From: an uncultured Nitrososphaeraceae archaeon
GTDB lineage: Archaea; Thermoproteota; Nitrososphaeria; Nitrososphaerales; Nitrososphaeraceae
DNA: 28,333 bases
Direction: 5' to 3'
NCBI GenBank assembly: GCA_963825865.1
Contig: CAWGVG010000043.1
Location: forward strand, 1 to 28,333
In this document: in pieces, positions 21,745 through 28,333 of the stretch
Position numbering within the stretch: the stretch's first letter is position 1
Layout: the number at the start of each line of letters is the position of its first letter
The notes under the pieces: model-generated
Seen by the model: only the letters and a program-made list of their open reading frames with translations
The model's database searches: none
Told to the model about the DNA's origin: nothing
Translations under genes and position numbers: made by a program

Positions 21745-22423
21745 TTATATCTTTGAATAAATTTCTGTAAAGTTTATTGCATTCTTCTTGTTTTTCAATC
21801 TTCGTTGATGTACTACTTCCCATTGCAGCGTGTATTTTCGAGTGACATCTTCTACATTATCTGCAGAAAAGGCCAAGACATATTTGTATTCCTTTCCCCA
21901 ATTTTCTTCGTTGCTTTTATTCCTAAACTGCTTAACATAGCCCCAAAAAGCATAGACCACTCGCTGCATCTCCCAGTCCCAGTTTCAACAAGCTTTAAGA
22001 TTTCACCATACCTAGGAAAAGTATATTCGTAGTTACAGCTGTTGGAGCGAAAGATTTCCACTTTGCGCATCCTCCATGAGTTTCCTATTATTGTTTGAAC
22101 TTGCATTGGTGCTGTTGATGATCCTACTAGTAATACTGCCACTGTTACTAACACCACCGGGACCATCGCTCCTGTTACTATGGGCATCAATGCACATTTC
22201 ACAAACAGGATCTTTTGGAGTCCATTTCATAAAGTCGCCTTTGAACCACTTCAATAAAGGTACAATATTCTCATCATCTATTGTTTGTGAATACAATGTT
22301 GTCTGGTATTAATGATCTAATTATTTTTAGAATCACTGGATTCCTATACTGTTCTGTGACTCTTTTATAAAGCAAAAAAGTATCTTTTAATGGATCAGAA
22401 GTCAGGCCGAATAGAGACTGCAA
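21745..22423 (-). pseudogene. Peptide:N-glycanase (Png1/NGLY1-like, transglutaminase fold), frameshifted with internal deletion
   Basis: QYRNPVILKIIRSLIP, LLKWFKGDFMKW...CEMC, VEIFR...C...FPRY...LVETGTGRCSEW..LF and NWGKEYKYVLAFSADNVEDVTRKY occur in order. Confidence 0.85.
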
Positions 22424-22522
22424 CCTAGCATATATTGTATACTATGAAAGAGATTGATACATAAAAATATGTAATAGCTGAAGTTTAATTATGTCATTCT
22501 TTGCAAAGAAAGATATTTCATA

Positions 22523-22900
22523 CTAGCTTTTGGAATTGCCAGACTTAACGTTATAGCATATGCAACCATCTTCGGTTCTTGCATTTCGGAATGAAATTGG
22601 GTATTGTATATTTGATCCTTCGCTATTTGGAATTAATGCGCTGTATGGCCCATAAATTATAGATTCAGAATCTGAAGGATTATCTGACATGCCATACATA
22701 AGCTGCGATACTTCTACATGATACCTAATAGGATAAGGAAAATTACCAATCTTATTCCACCATTCTATTCCAGTAAAGTGATTTTGTCCTTCAAAAACAA
22801 ATCCTTCTCCTATTTTCAATAATGATAGATCAAATCTTTCTGTTTGCTTTGTATTTCTATCCTCTAGCAGATAGCTAATGGATTGTTGCTGAGGATTCAT
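22523..22900 (-). CDS. Hypothetical protein
   Basis: 125-aa ORF; may extend upstream across a frameshift. Confidence 0.5.
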   Translation of the reverse strand: MNPQQQSISYLLEDRNTKQTERFDLSLLKIGEGFVFEGQNHFTGIEWWNKIGNFPYPIRYHVEVSQLMYGMSDNPSDSESIIYGPYSALIPNSEGSNIQYPISFRNARTEDGCICYNVKSGNSKS

Positions 22901-23551
22901 AACAATTTGACGAAGATATGAATGGCCTACAACAGGTAGTAATCCGCTTAAAACTGGTATATGGTTTACACCATTAAATATAGCATCAAATTATTCCGTC
23001 GTTATTAAATGAGCATATCAGATTGAGCTCAGTTGGACAATGTTCTGTGTATTTAAGATTTCAAGTACATAAAGCATCCATGATTTATCCGGTATTTGGT
23101 TGCCCGTGTCCTCAATTAGTGTTATAATATCAGATACAGCAATAACTCCCCTAGAAAATGCAGGTTTGTAATTATCATTAAGAATACAACAGAAGGAACC
23201 AATCCAGAAATGCAATGCAAAATAAAGTTATGACTATATATATTTATTCTGTATTCTCACGGCACCCATTACATATAGGAACTTGCCTTCGCTACATCCG
23301 AACCTCCAGATACAATAAGGGGTAGTAAAGCAAGAATACAGGAGGTACGGAGGCTCCGGAGGTAAAATCACCTATGTAAGAGTCTATGATACTATGATAA
23401 ATGGTCTCTTGTATGTGATATAGATTTCAAACCAGTAATGACATGCCATGGTGCTACTGCCGAGAGAGAGTAATAAAATATGGGCCCAGAGGGGTGTGAA
23501 CCATTTTTGACATAAAGTTAGGACCCATATTTTACTCGTAATATAGTGTAG

Positions 23552-23696
23552 ATATACAAAGCAAGCTAGAGGAGTTAGTTCATTAACAGAACGAGACAAG
23601 GTAAAAGACAACGCTATAGCACATTTATCAGATGAACTTTTAGCTTTATCTACAAGGTTACAGGAAATTGAAAGAAGGAAACAACTAGTACAATAA
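23552..23696 (+). pseudogene. C-terminal coiled-coil tail resembling thaumarchaeal integrases
   Basis: IQSKLEE/SLTERDKVKDNAIAHLSDELLALSTRLQEIERRKQLVQ*; recognised from memory of the family only. Confidence 0.45.
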
Positions 23697-24013
23697 TGAC
23701 AGAAACGAGCAACGTGTATTCCGATCTAAAAATGTCTACTACTAAGGACAATAATGATATTCCTTACTATTACTGTTATTGGCCTGTAATCGCAAAGTGG
23801 AAAAATCTTGCATTTATGTAAAAGGTGTTATGAGATATATGATCCTGAACACAGATTAAAAACAGAAAAAATAGGTGATTATTAGCTTCTACAATATAAA
23901 AAATAAAGAAGTTTTTTGTCTATTTATTGTCTCTGTCTCTGTTATTTTCAATCAACACCCTTCTTGAAGAATATGTCAAAGTTTCCTGGTGTCTTGTCTT
24001 GCCATACTATATA

Positions 24014-25059
24014 AGATCTCTTGCGTAATTAGGAGCTATAGTCTAACACCCTACTTGTTTTAGCCGTCTTCTTAGATTGAAATGCTGTCAGACTGTATAA
24101 CTCTGAAGTTCAGGAGACCGGATATTATATCAGATACGTTATTGTACTTCCTTAATCTGTTTCTAAATTTAGTACCCATTATTCCAAACTTTTTGATCTT
24201 ACATATGGTATGTTCTACTATGATCCTTAGCCTAGAATGATTCTTGTTGTAAGTTCTTTCATCACATGAAAGCAATGTACCCTTTTTCTTTTTGATACGA
24301 AGTACAGACTTTACAGTGGGAAAGTCCTTTTCAATGCCAAGATAACCAAGATCAACTATGTTTTCAACTTGTGATGGAGTTATAGAATGATTGTGTTTGT
24401 AAATGTCATAATCATGTTTTCTTCCACTTCTGTGACCTGTCTTATGCAGTATCAATCCTTCACTGTTTACCATCAATTGTGTCTTGACAGTATGTTTCTT
24501 CTTTCTACCTGAATAGTAACTCTTCCTTCTTCTTTTGTTCTTAGGTCTTGGAATTTCTTGTTCTGTAGAGTCTATGAAAGCCTTGAATCCAGGAAAGTAC
24601 TCTTCTACTTCATCTATAGTTCTTAATCTCCTAGTACGTTTGTATATCTTCTTTGGCAATGGAATACACTCCTTGATAAGTGGTTCCATCATTGATATAT
24701 CTCTACAAACATTGCTTTGATCAAGGTCAAACAGAAATCCTGATAATGTATATGTAATGTATAATCTGTAGTATACTAGAAGCATAACGAATCTTTCTTT
24801 AACTTTAAGCTTAAATGGTCTACCAGCACCTATATCCCGTATTCTCATCCTTGATAGAAGACGTCTTCTTTCGTGCTCTTCGTAGTTATGTTCAATTTCG
24901 TTACAAATGGATTCAAATTCAGATACAGTTACTCCGGTAAATGACCTGAATATCAAAGGTTTCTTACATAATTTGCTATAGGACATCAAAGAGCTTGTCA
25001 GATAGATATCCTATGTGAAGAGGAATATAGCTCTAAGCTTCTAATTACACAAGAGATCT
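24014..25059 (-). mobile_element. IS5-family (ISL2/IS702-like) insertion sequence, apparently intact
   Basis: 19-bp TIR agatctcttg(c/t)gtaattag with one mismatch, 3-bp target duplication ATA (24011-13 and 25060-62), length 1046 bp. Confidence 0.93.
24072..24989 (-). CDS. IS5-family DDE transposase (HTH_Tnp_4 + DDE_Tnp_4 type)
   Basis: FRSFTG, FIDSTEQEIPRP, YYSGRKKKHTVK, HD, VDLGYLG and RIIVEHTI; uninterrupted 305 aa. Confidence 0.95.
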   Translation of the reverse strand: MMSYSKLCKKPLIFRSFTGVTVSEFESICNEIEHNYEEHERRRLLSRMRIRDIGAGRPFKLKVKERFVMLLVYYRLYITYTLSGFLFDLDQSNVCRDISMMEPLIKECIPLPKKIYKRTRRLRTIDEVEEYFPGFKAFIDSTEQEIPRPKNKRRRKSYYSGRKKKHTVKTQLMVNSEGLILHKTGHRSGRKHDYDIYKHNHSITPSQVENIVDLGYLGIEKDFPTVKSVLRIKKKKGTLLSCDERTYNKNHSRLRIIVEHTICKIKKFGIMGTKFRNRLRKYNNVSDIISGLLNFRVIQSDSISI

Positions 25060-25971
25060 ATAGATGTTGCCGCCACTTGAGATAATCTGCGGAACAGATG
25101 ATTCTCCATTATTGTTGCTTAGGTTTTTAGTACTTCCAAATGTATCTCCTTCATTACCACTTGCTTTGAAGAATATGTCAAAGTTTCCTAGTTCCCCGTT
25201 GTCTTGCCATACAATACGTACCGCATCTGAAACTGAAGATATTTGTGCATTCCTTGAGTCTCCATCATTGTTGCTTAGGTTTTTGAGTACTTGCAAATGT
25301 AGAGCCATTATTGGTACCTAACTCTGAAGAGTATGTCAAGGTTACCTGGTGTCCTGTCTTGCCATACAATATACACATTGCTTCCATGCAGATCCATCTG
25401 TGGATTAAATGAATCTCCATCATTGTTGCTTAGGTTACTTATACTTCCAAAATTATGTTACTTAGCGATGGTAACATAATAGTATTGTTGTGAATCCAAA
25501 TACTTTTTAATGTTTGCAATGATATAACAGATATTTGTAATTATTATTTATTTAAGAGTTATTGATAACATTAATTAAAAAATATTTACCATACGTGGAT
25601 AACTATAGTTAGAATCATAGGACTTATAAAATATGAAATGGCAATTAGAAAAAGAGAGGGGAATAGAGTTGTTGTGTTGTTCATATAGTTCGATTATCCC
25701 CCTCTCCTTTCTTTGACCTAAATAACATTTGGATAACGTTCTGTTCGTGGTTCTGTGTTTAGAAATTATAACAAGATAAATTTTTATCTTTAATCCTTTC
25801 AAATTCTGTAGGCCTGTAATAATCAAGAGTGCAGTATCATTACCTTTTTAAGGTAATTTTGAGCAAAAACCCAAGATTGGAGCATTATTATTATTATTAT
25901 TAACCAGAAAAGCTATTAAGTAATTTTGTTTTACTGGTTATGACCTTTACTAGTGTTGTTACTGGTCGGTC

Positions 25972-26048
25972 TGCGAAAAGACAATAGGCAAGGGGTCCGT
26001 TTTGGTTCATCTCAAAAATCCTCTTGCCTATTGGATTGTTTTTTCGCA
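25972..26048 (+). other. Long imperfect intergenic hairpin
   Basis: Nested pairs tgcgaaaa/ttttcgca, caataggcaagggg/cctcttgcctattg and ttttg/caaaa. Confidence 0.75.
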
Positions 26049-26215
26049 CTTCATTACTCTGATAACAGATGGTTTGCCATCATATTATGATGCTTTCATT
26101 TAAGATTTTTACACTAATACAAAATGTATTAACTATAGTTAGTATTATGGTATCAACAGTCAGTATGTTGTTTTGGAATGCCTATGTACAACGATATGTA
26201 TGATAGGGTTATAGG

Positions 26216-26419
26216 GTGATAGGTTTTAACAAGTACAAACTCAACTATACTTACGTTAACTATAATAATAAAACAGGATTCTATAAAAACACTAGAGAAA
26301 CCTCTGCTAACACATATGAGCAGCCAAACATACACCATTGGAAATGCGAAAAATATGATAACCTGTTTTGGACATCAAAAGAATTAAGGGAGCATAAACA
26401 AGAATATCATGCATACTAG
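26216..26419 (+). CDS. Small protein with degenerate C2H2 zinc finger
   Basis: WKCEKYDNLFWTSKELREHKQEYHAY; the second Cys is replaced by Tyr. Confidence 0.55.
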   Translation: MIGFNKYKLNYTYVNYNNKTGFYKNTRETSANTYEQPNIHHWKCEKYDNLFWTSKELREHKQEYHAY

Positions 26420-26772
26420 TAGTAGTGACTACGGCTCTATGGATGAAGGGTTAAAGACAATTATTATTCAATTTTTTGTATAAAATTTCATTCTAAAATA
26501 ACAGTAAAGAAATCAGACAAGTTATTTGAATAGAGATTATATTGAGAAAGATAGAATTTCATAAATATAGATTTCATTGAATATACACTAAATGCCGCCA
26601 TTTGGTTTTAAAAAAAGGAATCAACACCATCATTTACAACAAATATAACAGATAAGGATGACCTAGATGAAATCCCCAAATCACCATATCAGCAAGTCTT
26701 ATTTGGAGTTTGTAAAAAACAGCACATCGATCTTCGTATTTATAATTATAAAAGAATGTAATTTGTTACTTC

Positions 26773-28121
26773 TTGGAATTATATTCACCTAGCATTTCTT
26801 TTAACAATTTTATACGTCAATGTATCGTACTGCTTTTAATTATTTTTATCGGTTTATTGGTCTTGGTAATGCGTGAAACTACAAAAACTACATTGACTAT
26901 TATCTTTATAGTTACATCATCGATATCACTCATACAATCAGGCGTTTTTTCTTCTTTTTCTCATTACCCTTCAATATTTCCTACTACTACTGCTGTTTAT
27001 GCTTCTAAACAAAAGGATACAAATACTGGTACTTCATCATCGACCATCTCTGACAAGAAAGGAATAGCGATGTATGATTATGGGGGTAAGATTGGCAAAG
27101 TATACAATCCATTAATCATTGCACAGGGAGGACAAAAGTATTACCAAAATTACATAAATGATAGTGGTGATAAAAAGTCAAAAGAATATTTCCTAAATAC
27201 TGCCAACTGGTTTGTCAAACATGCTAAAGAAAAAGAAATCGATGGTTTTCATTATTCACTTTGGGTATATGATTTTCCTTGGCCATTTTATGGGGGACTA
27301 ACTCCTCTATATTCATCTGCATTGGCACAATCTTCAGGAATCAAAATTTTAATTATGGCACACAATATGACAGGAGATAAAAAGTATTTAGATGCAGCAG
27401 ACAAAGCATTTGGTTCATTTTTAGTTGATTATGATAAAGGAGGAGTAATAACAAGGGAAGGGGGAAAGGAGAACTATAGTGGGTACAGTAATAATAATAA
27501 TAATAATAATAATAATTCTATATTTTTACAAGAGATTGCAAAGCCGGGATATCTAAAAACATACATTCTTAACGGTCATATATTTTCACTCATTGATTTG
27601 TGGAATTATTATCAATATACACATGACGGTAATGCAGCACTTGTGTTTAATGAAGGAGTAAAATATTTGAAGGACAATTTATGGAAATATGATCAAGGTA
27701 AATGGTCTTATTATGATCAGATCGGAGATCCAGCAACTAACGGCTATCAAAAAATACACACAGAGCAATTGGCTAAGCTATTTAAAATAACAGGCGAACC
27801 AATACTAAAGAGTTACAGCGATAAATTTGCTAGGCAAATAGCAGTTGTCCGAAATATTTCTGTGCTAAATAACAATGGATCAGCTCTTGCTAAACTAGGA
27901 AAGTACAATGAATCTATTGTATTTTTTGATAAAGCTCTAGCGATAAATCCTAATAATACTGCTGCATTGAATAACAAAGGATTATCTCTTGCTAAACTAG
28001 GAAAGTACAATGAATCTATTGTATTTTTTGATAAGCTCTAGAGATAAATCCTAATTATGTCTACGCAATGAATAACAAAAATTCAGCTCTTGAAGAGTTA
28101 AGCAAGATAAGCCTGCAGTAA
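26773..28121 (+). CDS. Exported D-glucuronyl C5-epimerase-family protein with C-terminal TPR repeats; late frameshift near 28035
   Basis: N-terminal hydrophobic segments, YNPLIIAQ, WVYDFPW, SALAQ, ILNGHIFSLIDL, YD.G.WSYYD and YQKIH..QL, then TPRs. The ORF stops at 28041 and the shifted frame ends at 28121. Confidence 0.85.
27884..28041 (+). repeat. Near-identical TPR-coding repeat with 102-bp period
   Basis: ctcttgctaaactaggaaagtacaatgaatctattgtattttttgataa at 27884 and 27986. Confidence 0.9.
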
Positions 28122-28333
28122 GCTGATTACAATGGCAAACCTTGGTATTGCATTAACCTGGATTTATGTTAATATCGGGCTGTTGACTTTGGGGGATCTG
28201 ATGAGGACTTTGCTGTTGTTCCGCATACATAAATACCTTATGATATTGCTTTGATGTTGTCTTTTTGGATGTGTCAAAAATAAGCATGATTAATCCTTTT
28301 TTATAAAGGCCATTTGGAAATAGTTGTTTTGCA

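Larger units (their letters stand above)
23948..25460 (-). pseudogene. Beta-propeller (BNR/sialidase-like) repeat protein, truncated and interrupted by an IS
   Basis: Three repeats of NLSNNxGxS..PQ...VYIVWQD...GNFDIFF. Removing the IS and one ATA restores GGNIYIVWQDKTPGNFDIFFKKGVD*. Confidence 0.85.

Noticed and set aside
21805-22312. Hydrophobic plus-strand ORFs
   Set aside because: Antisense to the PNGase-like pseudogene; the Leu-richness comes from its Ser/Asn-rich linker.
23481-23560. Complete tRNA gene
   Set aside because: Only a 3' fragment is present; no D or anticodon arm and no complementary 5' acceptor strand.
25064-25321. Plus-strand ORF with internal repeats
   Set aside because: Antisense reflection of the beta-propeller repeats.

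Overview
AT-rich window that looks like a soil ammonia-oxidising archaeon (Nitrososphaeraceae-like). This is inferred from an archaeal Hsp20 next to DUF167, thaumarchaeal-style integrases and beta-propeller repeats. Most of it is a decaying accessory region made of short fragments and frameshifted genes: tyrosine integrase remnants, DUF72, Zn-ADH, NRAMP, McrC, nitroreductase, pyranose-2-oxidase-like GMC, NmrA, terminase nuclease domain, SDR and a PNGase (Png1/NGLY1-like) gene. Two IS elements can be delimited exactly. An IS630-family element (19240-20403, TA-flanked) sits inside a tyrosine integrase, and an intact IS5-family element (24014-25059, ATA target duplication) sits inside a beta-propeller repeat gene. 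Intact or nearly intact genes are Hsp20, DUF167, small Zn-finger proteins, a 2TM+CBS-pair protein and a D-glucuronyl C5-epimerase-TPR protein. No CRISPR array, rRNA or complete tRNA was seen. I did not find a complete new system. The best leads are the 2TM-CBS protein, the eukaryote-like glycan enzymes and a promoter-associated long hairpin. All family calls come from motif recognition by eye, not from database searches.
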